From Mobula hypostoma (Eukaryota), in assembly GCF_963921235.1 (NCBI RefSeq), contig NC_086117.1, positions 8,432,001 to 8,496,000 on the forward strand: a stretch of DNA of 64,000 nt. The letters run 5' to 3'. Positions within the stretch are counted from its first letter, which is position 1, and every line of letters starts with the position of its first letter. The notes beneath the pieces are model-generated. The model was not told the DNA's origin. It saw nothing but the letters and a program-made list of their open reading frames with translations, and did not search any database. Shown here piece by piece: positions 1 through 13,359 of the stretch. A program made the position numbers and the translations under genes.

Positions 1-21
1 AAATGTACAATTGAAAAATTA

Positions 22-520
22 CACTCAATAGCCACTTTATTAGGTACAGGAGGTACTGAGTATACAGCTGTATGTTCATGGTCTTCCGCTGCTGTAGCCC
101 ATCTACTTCAAGGCTTGACATTTCGTGCATTCAGAGATGCTCTTCTGCACATCTCTATTTAAGTTACTGTCACTTTGAAACACTCTGGCCATTCTCCTCC
201 GATCTCTCTCATTAACAAGGCATTTTCATCCACAGAACTGCCACTCACTGGATGCTTATTTTTAGTGTTTCTACACCATTCTGTGTAAGCTCTAGAGACT
301 GTTGCCTGTGAAAATCCCAGGAGATCAGCATTTTCTGAGATACTCTCACCACACTGTCTGGCACTAACAATTATTCCATGGTCAAAGTCATTTAGGTCAC
401 ATTTCTTCACCATTCCGATGTTTGATCTGAACCTCTTGAACATGTCAGCATGCTTTTATCTATTGCATTGTTGTCAGATAATTGGGTGATTAGATATTTG
501 CATTAAGAGTAGATGTGTAG
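22..520 (-). mobile_element. Tc1/mariner non-autonomous element, right end degraded
   Basis: TA followed by the TIR CACTCAATAGCCACTTTATTAGGTACA. ORF 159-443 resembles a Tc1 transposase N-terminal HTH (DFDHGIIVSARQCGESISENADLLGFSQATVSR). Same family as 63110-63632. Confidence 0.75.
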
Positions 521-1074
521 ACATCCCATTAAGCCATGTTGTAAGAATAGAGCTACTAAAATTTTAATATTAGAAAGAAATAATACAACATACAAACGTG
601 ATTTGGGTGCACAGGAGAAGGCCTCTTGGTTCTTCAAGCCTGATGGGCCAGTTCAAAGGTCATGCTGACTCAGCAGTCCTGTCAGCTTGTGGTGACCTTT
701 CACCCCTCTGCTTAACAAGACTCTTCCTAACATTGCCTTAAAAATACTCAAAGATTCTGCTCTTTTGGGAACAGAATTCCGGACATTCATCTAATCTCTT
801 TCTTAAGGGGCATCCTGTATTGGTACTGGAATTGATTTATTATTATCACATGTAGCATGATACAGTGAAAAGCTTGTCTTGCACATTCCATACAGATCAG
901 TTTATTATGCAGTGCCTTGAGCTGGAATAAGATGAAACAATTACAATGCAGAATATAATGTAAAAGCTCTTGGAAAAGGTGCAGTGCAGGTAAATGATGA
1001 AGTGCAAGATCAAAACGAAGTAGATTGTGATGCCAAGAATCCATATTATCATTCAAAAGATCTGTTCAAGGGTG

Positions 1075-2417
1075 CAGACATCCCACCTCTCCCGGAAGAT
1101 CCGGGAGTCTCCTGCATATCGATAGTGGCTCCCTGACGCCTGGAAATTATATACAATATCCCGGAAATAGATTTTTTTGAGAGGGAGAGGGAGCATCCTG
1201 ATTGGTCTCTCTTCGTGCTAAGATTGGTCCCCAACCACCGGGCCGTGAGGAAACAATATGATTTTGCAATATGAAACGATATGAGTCATTTGCACCTTTC
1301 CTCATTCCCTGTCACGCACTGTTGAACTTGAACGCACGCGAGGTCATTACCCGCGCGTCATCCGTGTCAGGGCGGGAAGGAGATCAACTCCTCGAGCTTG
1401 CAAATGACGGCGGGCTGAAAAGTATGTTTGACATAACATCTCTGCCGGCATTCTGGATCAAAGTCAAGGCTAAATATCCTGAGGTAGCCACGAAAGCACT
1501 GAAAACGTTGCTTCCATTTCCAACATCATATCGCTGCGAAGCGGAGTTTTCTGCAATGAATGCAACGAAAACTAAATTGCGGAATAGACTGGACATCAGG
1601 AACCCCCTTCGAGTATCACTGTCTCCCATCAGCCCTCGATGGCACCGTCTTGTTGCAGGGAAACAAGCCCAGGGCTCCCACTGATTCAGCGATATTGGTG
1701 TGTTGCAATGATTTTGTATGTTCATACGGGGAAAATATGTGCTGTGTGTTTAATATCCAAACGTTACTTAAATGTTATGATGCTATTGACTTATCACCTA
1801 TATTCCGGTCGTGATTAACACCCACTCCGCCCTCCCGGTCGGCCGGTCCGCAAGAATATTGTCGATATTAAACCGGTCTGCAGTGCAAAAAATGTTGGGG
1901 ACCCCTGCTAAGTAGACCTATCAGTTTTCTCTGTGGGCGGGCTTTACAGTCGACCTCAAAAATAATGACAGTGTTGCTCGCTGCACTGTTTGCAACAGTG
2001 ACTTTTCTATTGCCCATGGTGGGTTAAGACTGTAAAAGACATGTTGAGGTGAGTTTAACAGGTGTCATTCATTCATTAGCATAGCTAACGTTATTTAAAC
2101 TAGCTGGCTAGCTGCTAAGGAGCTACTCTATTGATGTCCTATGTGATGAGGCCAAACTCCCTGTAGACTTGCTTAAAGTTGTAATAGAATAAACATGATA
2201 ATATAATATAAGCACATATTTTAATGTCACATTTGCTGCATATACCCAACTTGGTTTACAGATTAGACCAAAATCACTAAGCAAAGTATTACATACACCC
2301 TTGGAGGTCGACGGGTGGTGGGGGGGGGGATATGGTGTTGCGGGGTGTGGGGATGCTGCCTCCTTGAAATGGTGGTGATGCCTCCCTGAAATGAGTTTTT
2401 GCAGGGTGGGATGTCTG
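1075..2417 (+). mobile_element. Non-autonomous DNA transposon (hAT-like) with 13-bp TIRs
   Basis: TIR CAGACATCCCACC (1075-1087) / GGTGGGATGTCTG (2405-2417). Internal zinc-finger remnant VARCTVCNSDFSIAHGG at ~1973-2048. The element interrupts a LINE tail fragment. Confidence 0.65.
1226..1907 (+). mobile_element. Buster/Charlie-type hAT deletion derivative nested in the previous element
   Basis: ORF 1271-1684 encodes a hAT C-terminal dimerisation region (FWIKVKAKYPEVATKALKTLLPFPTSYRCEAEFS...AQGSH*). Ends are GGTCCCCAACC and GTTGGGGACCCCTG. Confidence 0.85.
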
Positions 2418-2850
2418 AGAGTGATAACAGTCAAAGCTGTTAACAGACAGCAGATTGAAGCTGTCTTTGAGCCTGGTGGCACATGCTTTCAGACCCAAAG
2501 GGAGAGGGGAGAAGAGACTGTCTGGAGTGGATGGGGTCTTTGATTACACTGGCTGCTTTAATGAGGCAGTGAGAAGTGTAGACAGAATCCATGGATCAAA
2601 AGCTGGGTTCTGCGATCACATCCTTGGGTGTACTGGTAGCTAACACAAACTATGCCCTTCACTGCGTGTTTCGATGTACAGTACATGTGATAAATAAATC
2701 TGAATCTAAATCTATTTTTGAGTACTTTGTTGGTTTCATCTGCTTCGAAAATCCCAAGGTCATGAAAAGCTTCATATAACTACAACTTTCCATTTGATTT
2801 CTTTAAATACTAGAGCATTATGTGTTGTGTTTTGTTTTCTGTATAATTAG

Positions 2851-5800
2851 GGAATATTTGAACTTTACTCTTCGAAGAGAAACACACACAGTGTATTATA
2901 AGCTGATGACAATTGAAAACAAACAATTTAGGAAAGGTGGAAAGAAAGGTCACTGGTTTGGAGCAGGTCAGAGAATGGAAGAGTTTTGCTGTCAAAGAGT
3001 AACTGACTGGCTGGATATCCTGTGGGAAATTGACCTATCCCTTGTAATCATCTACAAGGAATCCATGATATAACACTCTCCACTTGCCTGGATCAGAGTC
3101 TCACTACTCAATTCAAGTCCAATAGAACTCAAAATTGTACACAACAAGCTCTCATGAACAGGGGTAGAAAAATAACCATTTGTTTTTAGAATCATTGTTC
3201 GTAGAATCAATACTGGCAAGGGTACTTAGGACAACCAGTCTTGTCAATACAGCATTAGCTCAGTACTGCACTCTGAACTAACCTTCCTTTCTTGACAAAG
3301 GATCTAGGCCCAAAAAGTCGACTGTTTATTCATTTCCATAGATGCTGCCTGACCTGCTGAGTTCCTCCTGCAATTTGTGAGTGTTCCAGACAAACATGCC
3401 TGTACTACCAAGGAGGACAAAGGGAGTGGGTGTATGAAACACCACTGTCCACAAGTCCCCCTCAGAACTGTGTACCATCCTGACTTGGCTTTCTTTCAGT
3501 GCTGCCGGGTCAAACCCTGGACCTGCCTCCAAACAATATTGTAGGCTCCCTTATCAGCACAAGGAATACACTGGCTCAGAATGGCAGCTCACCACCACTT
3601 AAGAATGGGCAATTATTTTTGTGACTTCCAGCTAAAGAATAAAGATTAGCTTTTTTATCGCATGTGTATTGAAACAGGCAGTAAAATGCGTAATTTGTGT
3701 CAAAGTAAATCAGCAAGTCATCTTGCCATGTTTCCAGTGCCAACAAAGCATGTCCACAATTCACTAACCCTAAACTGTACATCATTGGAATGTGGGAGGA
3801 AACCAGAGCACCCGGAGGAAACCCACACAGTCACAAGGTTAACATACAAAATCTTTAAGACAGTGCAGGGAATTGAGCCTTGATCTTACAGCATGCACTC
3901 TAAAGTGATGCACTAGCCGCTACACTATCATGATGCCCCTAATAAAAAAATGCTAATCCAAACAATCCTTAATACTAGCAATGGAACCTTAAATTGTGTG
4001 TCAGTTATTCTGCAGATGATTCATATTTTGTTTATGATATGTTCTTAAAGCTGATGATCAATAGTGATTCACTGCTTTTGAGGAGTTACATATTATTCAT
4101 AGGAAATTTAACATTTTGTGCAGATTGGCTGTTCGAGTGTCAACAGACTGTAAGGCAATGATAGTCACTATAGAAATGCTTCTGCGTACCTAGTGGATAT
4201 GAAGCATAGTTACATTTTGTTGTAAAATATATAAATAATTAAATAGTGACTCATCCCGCTGCATTGGACTCCTGTACTAAAGCACATGTTTTAGAATTCT
4301 CTTCCCAGGAGGACTGTGGAGGCTCAGTCACTGAGAGTATGGAGATCAATACATTTTTAGCTATTAAGGAAATCAGGATTAGAGGAAGTGCCACTGAGGT
4401 AAAAATAAATTAGTCATGACCCTGGTGAATGACACAGCTTACAGAGGGGCTGAATGTCCACCCCTGCCCCCCCAATAAAGAACTGTAAAGTAAATTGAAC
4501 CATTTCATTTCCTTTCACTTATTCCGTTTCACAATGTCAGAGTAGCAGATAGTGTAATAAGACCATAAGATATAGGAACAGAATTCAGAATCAGAATCAG
4601 GTTTATTATCACTGGCAAGTGACGTGAAATTTATTAACATAGCAGCAGCAGCTGTTCAATGCAATACATAATCTAGCAGAGAGAGAGAGAGAAATAATAA
4701 TAAACAAAATAAAACATAATAATAAATAAACAGGTAAATCAATTACATATATTGAATAGATTATTTAAAATGTACAAAAACAGAAATATTGTATATTAAA
4801 AAAAGGTGAGGTAGTGTCCAAAGCTTCAAAGTCCATTTAGGAATCAGATGGCAGAGGGGAAGAAGCTGTTCCTGAATCGCTGAGTGTGTGCTTTCAGGCT
4901 TCTGTACCTCTTAACTGATGGTAGCAATGAGAAAAGGGCATGCCCTGGGTGCTGGAGGTCTTTAATAATGGACGCTGCCTTTCTGAGACACCACTCCCTA
5001 AAGATGTCCTGGGTACTTTGTAGGCTAGTACCCAAGATGGAGCTGACTAAATTTACAACCCTCTGCAGCTTCTTTCGGGTCCTGTGCAGTAGCCCCTCCA
5101 TACCAGACAGTGACGCAGCCAGTCAGAATGCTCTCCACGGTACAACTATAGAAGTTTTTGAGTGTATTTGTCGACATGCCAAATCTCTTCAAACTCCTAA
5201 TGAAGTATAGCCGCTGTCTTGCCTTCTTTATAACTACATCAATATGTTGGAACCAGGTTAGATCCCCAGAGATCTTGACACTCAGGAACTTGAAGCTGCT
5301 CACTCTCTCCACTTCTGATCCCTCTATGAGGATTGGTATGTGTTTCTTCATCTTACCCTTCCTGAAGTCCACAATCAACTCTTTCGTCTTACTGATGTTG
5401 AGTGCCAGGTTGTTGCTGCAGCACCATTCCACTAGTTGGCATATCTCACTCCTGTACACCCTCTCGTCCCCACCTGAGATTCTACTAACAATGGTTGTAT
5501 CGTCAGCAAATTTGTAGATGGTGCTTGAGCTGTGCCTAGCCACACAGTCATGTGTATACAGAGAGTAGAGCAGTGGGCTAAGCACACACCCGAGGTGCGC
5601 CAGTGTTAATCGTCATCGAAGAGGATATATTATCACCAATCTGTACAGACTGTGGTCTTCCGATTAGGAAGTCGAGGATCCAATTATAGAAGGAGGTACA
5701 GAGGCCCAGATTCTGCAACTTCTCATTCAGGATTGTGGGAATGATGGTACTAAATGCTGAGCTATAATTGATGCACAGCATCCTGACGTAGGTGTTTGTG

Positions 5801-7963
5801 CTGTCTAGGTGGTCTAAAGCCGTGTGAAGAGCCATGGAGATTGCGTCTGCCATTACCTATTGTGACGATAGGCAAACTGCAATGGGTCCAGGTCCTTGCT
5901 GAGGCAGGAGTTCGGTCTAGTCATAACCAACCTCTCTGTCATCACTGTCGATGTGAGTACTACTGGGTGATAGTCATTAAGGCAGCCCACATTATTCTCC
6001 CTTGGGACTGGTATAATTGTTCCCTTTTTGAAACAAGTGGGAACTTCTGCCTGTAGCAGTGGGAGATTGGTTGGCACAGGTTTTCAGAGCCTTACCAAGT
6101 TCTCTGTCAGGACCTTCTGCCTTCCGAGGGTTCACTCTATAAAGACAGTCTAACATTGGCCTCTGACACAGAGATCACAGGGTCATCAGGTGCAGCAGGG
6201 ATCTTCACAGCTGTAGTTGTGTTCTCCCTTTCAAAGTGTGCATAGAAGGCGTTGAGTTCATCTGGTAGTGAAGCATCGCTGCCATTCATGATATTGGGTT
6301 TCACTTTGTAGGAAGTAATGTCTTGCAGTCACTGCCAGAGTTGCCGTGCATCTGATATTGCCTCCAACCTCGTTCGAAATTGTCCCTTCGCCCTTGAAAG
6401 AGCCCTCCCCAAATCATACCTGGTTTTCTGGTACAGGCCTGGGTTGCCAGGCTTGAATGCCACAGATCTGGCCTTCAGCAGATGACGTACCTCCTGGGTC
6501 ATCCACGGCTTTTGGTTTGGGAATGTACAGTAAGTCTTTGTAGGCACACACTCATCCACAAAGCTTTTAATGAAGTTGGTAACAACTCCAGCATACTCAT
6601 CCAGATTCAAAGATGAATACCATTTGGCCCATTGAGTGCTCCGCCATTTCATCATGGCTGATCCAATTTCCCTCTCAGCCCCATTATCCTGCCTTCTCCC
6701 TGTGTCCCTTTGTGCCCTGACCAATCAACAATATTTATAGTGGTGGCGATGGGGTTCAATTCCTGCCTGTAAGGAGTTTGTATGTCCTCTCTGTGACCAC
6801 GTGGGTTTCCTCCCACATTCCAAAGACGTATGGGTAAGTTGTAAGCGGGAAACGTTGGCTCCGTTGCACATTGCATTTTCTTTTTCTCAAATATTCCTAA
6901 TGAAAAAAGCAAGAGTTTTCTTCTCTGATTATGCACATGTCAAAATCCGGTTTCCTAAGATAAGGCAAGATAAATTCAAGAATTGGAAAAACATACTACA
7001 GCTGTAGCAGATATTGGTGAGAGTGCACCTATGGAATATTGTGTGCTGTTCTGGTCACCACACTGTAGGAAGGATGTGGTTACCCTGGACAGGGTGCAGG
7101 AAAAAACCACAGGGACATTGCCAAGACTGGAGGCTTGAGCTGTAAAGAGGGACTAGATAGGCTGGGATTGTTTTCCCTGCGGAGAAGGAGACAAAGAGGT
7201 GGGTTACAAAATCATGAGGGGCACAGATAAGATGGATTGTCACAGTCTTTGTCCCTGGGTTAGGGAGTCTAAACTTATCCAGGGTGGCATGATAGCATAG
7301 TGGTTAGCACAACACTTTACCATACTAGTAACCCGGGTTCAGTTCCCGCTACTGTCCGTAAGGAGTTTGTACGCTCTCCCCGTGACGACTTGGGTTTCCT
7401 CTGGGTGCTCTGGTTTCCTGCCACAGTCTAAAGACGTACTGATTGGTAGGTTAATTGGTCATTGTAAATTGTCCTGTGATTAGGCCAGGGGTTAAATCGG
7501 GGGGTTGCTGGGTGGTGTAGCTCAAAGGACCAGCGGGCCTATTCTGTGCTGTATCTCAATAAATAAAAAATAAACTGAGTTTAAGGTGAAAGGAGAAAAA
7601 TTTAAAGGGGACCTGAGAGGCAAGCTTTTCACTTGGAAAACTTGTATATGAAGTGTGCTGCTTGAGGTGGGTAACTTCTAAAAGATATTTGGACAGGTAC
7701 ATGGCCAGAAATGGTTTAAAGGAACACACAGGCAACAGAACTATCTCTGAAGGCACCTTTGGCTTGATGGACTGGTGGAACTGGAGGACTGGGTTCTGTG
7801 CTCTGCAACATCATGACTTTTCAGAATAAATATATGTCCATTTTAGGATCTCATCAGCAACATCGCTGGTTCTTTTAAGAACAAAGATTCGGTTAATCAT
7901 TCTCTGGTTTGCATACTTAGGAAAGCCGGGTTGCTTTTGTGGCCAAGTAAAACTTTTGTATGA
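2851..7963 (+). CDS. Putative 3' exons of an unidentified plus-strand gene (2851-2936, 4124-4149, 7847-7946/7963)
   Basis: Each exon follows a pyrimidine-rich AG acceptor in non-repeat sequence. Phases chain 2/1, 1/0, 0/1 and give the open peptide [70 protein letters not shown]. No homolog recognised. Confidence 0.4.
4582..6612 (-). mobile_element. Rex1/Babar-like (CR1-group) LINE, 5'-truncated and frameshifted
   Basis: RT fragments ([45 protein letters not shown]) and a 3' tail AATAAA-CCTGATTCTGATTCTG on the minus strand. Confidence 0.85.
7283..7570 (+). mobile_element. tRNA-derived V-SINE (HE1-like)
   Basis: tRNA-like head with A/B boxes (TGGTTAGCA...GGTTCAGTTCCC) and the V-domain core GGGTTTCCTCTGGGTGCTCTGGTTTCCTGCCACAGTCTAAAGAC. 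Related copies at ~3660-3940(-), 6740-6850(+), 30225-30510(-), 44520-44850(-) and 46740-47045(-). Confidence 0.7.
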
Positions 7964-9177
7964 CATGACATTATAAATACAATGATGATAATATATAGAG
8001 TAAAATCTTGAGGTATACATTTATATTTAGAGGTTCACATGATTCTATATCCTTGTATTTTGGATAATTGGTAGGTAGAGTGCAGTATTGTACCTTATCC
8101 ATTGAAACTATAGTGCTATAATTATCATTAATATATGCTATTAAAACATTTCTTAATGATCAAGTTGATAACAAAACACAAATTACATTGTTTCGGCTTT
8201 TAACTTCTGCAATATAGCTCAATTATTCTTTTCCTTTTTCAGTGCATGACTGTAGAATAGGTCTCAGAAACAGTATCAGGTTTATTATCACTGACATATG
8301 TTGTGAATTTTTTTTGGCAGCAGTTCAGTGCAAGACATTTTTTTAAAATTACTATGTGTTAAGATAATTAATGAATAAGTAAATAGTGTGAAAGACAAAT
8401 AATGAGTTGGTGTTTGTGGTTTCATGGACCATTTAGAAATCTGATGGCAGAAGGGAAGAAGTTGTTCCTGAAGTGTTGAGAGTGGGTCTTCAGTCTTCTA
8501 TTCCTCCTCCCTGATGGGAGCATTGAGAAGCATGTCCTGGGTGGTGAGTGTTCTTATTGCTGGATGTCACCTTATTCAGGCACTGCCTTGTGAAGATCCA
8601 CCATAGGGAAAGTTTTGAGTCTAGAAGCCTCTTTCAATCCCGTGCATTGGAGCCTCCATGCTAGGTGGTGATGCAACCAGCCAGAATGCTCTCCATTGCA
8701 CATCGATCGAAATTTGCTAGAGTATTTGCTGACGTACCAAATCTCCTGTAGTATAGCTGCTGGCAAGTCTTCTTCATGAAGGCATTAATGTGTTACCTGA
8801 GTTATCTTATGACCACAAGAACAAAGAACTTAGGAGCACAATTAGGCCATTTGGCCCATCAAGTCTGTACCTCCATTCCATCATGGCTAATTTATTTTCC
8901 TTCTCAACCCTATTCTCTTGCCTTCTCCCTGAAACCTTTGATACCCTGACTAATCAGGAACATATAAACCTTTGCTTTAAATCTATCCAATGACTTGCGT
9001 CCACAGGCACCTGAGGCAAGGAATGCCACAGGTTCATCACCCTCTGGCTAAAGAAATTTTTCCTCACCTTATTCGGAAGATGTGCCCTCTAGTCCTAGAC
9101 CCTGTACTATTGGAAACACCCTCTCCACATCTACTCTGTCTAGGCCTTTCAATATTTGATAAGTTCCAATGGGATCC

Positions 9178-12100
9178 ATATAACCATATAACAATTACAG
9201 CAGGGAAACAGGCCATCTGAGCCCTTCTAGTCTGTGCCGAACTCTTACTCTCACCTAGTCCCACTGATCTGCACTCAGCCCATAACCCTCCATTCCTTTC
9301 CTGTCCATATATCTATCCAATTTAACTTTAAATGACAACATAGAACCTGCCTCAACTACTTCTGCTGGAAGCTCGTTCCACACAGCTACCACTCTCTGAG
9401 TAAAGAAGTTCCCCCTCACGTTACCCCTAAACTTTTGCTCTTTAACTCTAAACTCATGTCCTCTTGTTTGAATCTCCCCCACTCTCGATGGAAAAAGCCT
9501 ATCCATGTCAACTCTATCTATCCCCCTCAAAATTTTAAATACCTCTATCATCCCCTCTCAATCTTCTACGCTCCAAAGAATAAAGACCCAACTTGTTCAA
9601 CCTTTCTCTATAACTTAGGAGATGAAACCCAGGCAACATTCTAGTAAATCTCCTCTGTACTCTCTCAATTTTGTTGACATATTTCCTATAATTCGGTGAC
9701 CAGAACTGTACACAATACTCCAAATTTGGCCTTACCAATGCCTTATACAATTTCAACGTTCCATCCCAACTCCTATACTCAATGCTCTGATTAATAAAGG
9801 CCAGCATACCAAAAGCTTTCTTCACCACCCTATCCACGTGAGATTCCACCTTCAGGGAACTATGCACCATTATTCCTAGATCCCTCTGTTCTACTGCATT
9901 CTTCAATGCCCTACCATTTACCATGTATGTCCTATTTTGATTAGTCCTACCAAAATGAAGCACCTCACATTTATCAGCATTAAACTCCATCTGCTATCTT
10001 TCAGCCCACTCTTCTAATTGGCCTAAATCTCTCTACAAGCTTGGAAAACCTACTTCATTATCCACAACTCCACCTATCTTAGTATCATCTGCATACTTAC
10101 TAATCCAATTTACCACCCCATCATCCAGATCATTAATATATATGACAACAACAACATTGGACCCGGTACAGATCCCTGAGGCACACCACTAGACACCAGC
10201 CTCCAGTCTGACAAACAGTTATCCACCACTACTCTCTGGCGTCTCCCATCCAGCCACTGCTGAATCCATTTCACTACATCAATATTAATACCTAACGATT
10301 GAACCTTCCTAACTAACCTTCCATGTGGAACCTTGTCAAAGGCCTTACTGAAGTCCATATAGACAACATCCACCGTTTTACCCGCATCAACTTTCCTAGT
10401 AACCTCTTCAAAAAATTCAACAAGATTTGTCAAACATGACCTTCCACGCACAAATCCATGTTGACTATTCCTAATCAGACCCTGTCTATCCAGATAATTA
10501 TATATACCATCTCTAAGAATACTTTCCATCAATTTACCCACCACTGACGTCAAACTCACAGGCCAATAATTGCTAGGTTTACTCTTAGAACCCTTTTTAA
10601 TCAATGGACCAACATGAGCAATACACCAATCCTTCGACACCATCCCTGTTTCTAATAACATTTGAAATATTTCTGTCAGAGCCCCTGCTATTTCCTCACT
10701 AACTTCCCTCAAGGTCCTGGGGAATATCCTGTCAGGACCCAGAGAATTATCCACTTTTATATTTCTTAGAAGCGCCAGTACTTCCTCTCCTTTAATCATC
10801 ATACTTTCCATAACTACCCTTCTTGTTTCCCTTACCTTACACAATTCAACATCCTTCTCCTTAGTGAATACCGAAGAAAAGAAATGGTTCAAAATCTCCC
10901 CCATCTCTTTTGGCTCTGCACAAAGCCATCCACTCTGATTCTCCAAGGGACCAATTTTATCCTTCACTGTCCTTTTGCTATTAATATAACTGTAGAAACC
11001 CTTTGGATTTATTTTCACCTTACTTGCCAAAGCAGCCTCATATCTTCTTTTAGCTTTTCTAATTTCTTTCTTCTTTTTACATTCTTTATATTCCTCAAGC
11101 ACCTCATTTACTCTAAGCTGCCTATATTTACTGTAGATCCCTCTCTTTTTCCGAACCAAGTTTCTAATATCCCTTGAAAATCATGGCTCTCTAAAACTTT
11201 TAACCTTTTCTTTCAACCTAACAGGAACATAAAGATCCTGTACCCTCAAAATTTCACCTTTAAATGACCTCCATTTCTCTGTTACATCCTTCCCATAAAA
11301 TAAATTGTCCCAATCCACTCCTTCTAAATCCTTTTGCATCTCCTCAAATTTAGCCTTACTCCAATCAAAGATCTCAACGCTGGGTCCAGTCCAATCCTTC
11401 TCCATAATTTTATTGAAACTAATGGCATTGTGATCACTGGATCCGAAGTGCTCCCCAACACATACCCCCGTCACCTGCCCTATCTCATTCCCTAACAGGA
11501 GATCCAACAATGCCCCCTCTCTAGTTGGTATCTCTATGCATTGCTGCAAAAAAACTATCTTGCACACATTTTATAAACTCCAAACCATCCAGCCCTTTTA
11601 CAGAATGGGTTTCCAAGTCTATGTGTGGAAAATTAAAATCTCCCATAATCACAACCATGTGCTTACTACAAGTATCTGCTATCTCCTTACAAATTTGCTC
11701 CTCCAATTCTCACTCCCCATTAGGTGGTCTATAATACACCCCTAGAGGCGTGACTACACCTTTCCCATTCCTCAATTGCACCCAAATAGCCTCCCTAGAC
11801 GAGTCCTCTAATCTATCCTGCCAAAGCACCGTTATATTTTCTCTGACAAGCAATGCAACACCTCCCCCTCTTGCCCCTCCGATTCTATCACACCTGAAGT
11901 AACGAAATCCAGGAATATTTATTTGCCAATCACACCCCTACTGCATGTTTCACTAAAAGCTACATCATCATATTTCCAGGTATCAATCCATGCTCTAAGC
12001 TCATCCACCTTTCTTACAATGCTCCTAGCATTAAAATAGATGCATTTAAGAAACTCTCCACCTCTTACTCTCTGTTAATCCCTAATGATGCAAACAACTT

Positions 12101-13359
12101 TGTTACATTTTTCTTCCTTCTCCCCTACATCTTCGGTCTGAGTGCTCCTGTTCTCTGTCCCGCCTATCCTCCCCCACATACTGTCTACTAGCTTTCTCTA
12201 TTCGTGAACTAACCTCCTCTCTTCTAGTCTATTCAATCTGATTTCCACCCCGCAACCATTCTAGTTTAAAGTCTCCTCAGTAGCCTTTGCAAATCTCCCT
12301 GCCAGGATATTGGTCCCCCTTGGATTCAAGTGCAACCCATCCTTTTTGTACAGGTCACACCTGCGCCAAAAGAGGTCCCAATGATCTTAAAAACTTGAAT
12401 CCCTCAGCCACGCATTTATCCTCCACCTCATTCCATTCCTACTCTCACTGTCACGTGGCACAGGCAGTAATCCCGAGATTACTACCTTTGTGGTCCTTCT
12501 TCTCAACTCCATTCCTAACTCCCTATATTCTCCTTTCAGGACCTCTTCCCTTTTCCTACCTATGTCATTGGTACCTATATGTACCACAACCTCTGGCTCC
12601 TCACCCTCCCACTTCAGGATATCTTGGACGCGATCAGAAACATCCCGGACCCTGGCACCAGGGAGGCAAACTACCATCCGGGTATCCTGACTGCATCCAC
12701 AGAATTGCCTATCTGACCCCCTAACTATCGAGTCCCCTATTACTACTGCCATCCTCTTCCTTTCTCTACCCTTCTGAGCTACAGGGCCGGACTCTGTGCC
12801 GGAGGCACAGCCACTGTTGCTTCCCCCAGGTAAGCTGTCCCCCCCAACAGTAGTCAAACAAGAGTACTTATTGTCAAGGGGCACAGCCACAGGGGTACTC
12901 TCTAGTATCTGATACTTCCCCTTCCCCCTCCTAACCGTGACCCACTTGTCTGCCTCCCGTGGCCCTGGTGTGACCACCTACCTGTAACTCCTCTCTATCA
13001 ACTCCTCACTCTCCCTGACCAGACGAAGGTCATCGAGCTGCAGCTCCAGTTCCCTAACACGGTCCCTTAGGAGCTGCAGCTCGGCACACCTGGTGCAGAT
13101 GTGGACATCTGGGAGGCTGGGAGACTCCAGGACCTCCCACATCCGACACCGAGAACAACAAGCTGCCCTCACACTCATACCTCCCCCTTTCCTCAAATAA
13201 CAGGAAAAATTGAAAACCAAACCTACTTCGCCTCGCCCATTTCCGCCTAAGCCCATTGAGCCAAAGCCCTTAGGCCTTCACTAATCTTCCGCGCTTCACT
13301 GCCTGATGTCACACACCTGCGCAGTCCTGCCTCTCTTAACTCCGATGAGAAAAACAAAA
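9178..13359 (-). mobile_element. Near full-length CR1 LINE (ORF1 zinc-finger/coiled-coil + SGNH esterase; ORF2 APE + RT), inactivated
   Basis: ORF1: CSRC...CTRC + coiled coil (12978-13256) and VIGDS...HIGTND (12387-12977). ORF2 fragments: [34 protein letters not shown]. Short tandem 3' tail at 9178-9200. Inserted in an older CR1 tail, with ATCC on both sides. Confidence 0.92.

Noticed and set aside
1271-1684. ZBED5/SCAND3-like ORF as a domesticated gene
   Set aside because: Only the C-terminal hAT region is present, inside a ~680-bp TIR-bounded deletion derivative.
8243-8260. Possible additional micro-exon of the unidentified plus-strand gene
   Set aside because: Strong acceptor but a poor donor (GTCTCA), running into a LINE tail; not enough support.
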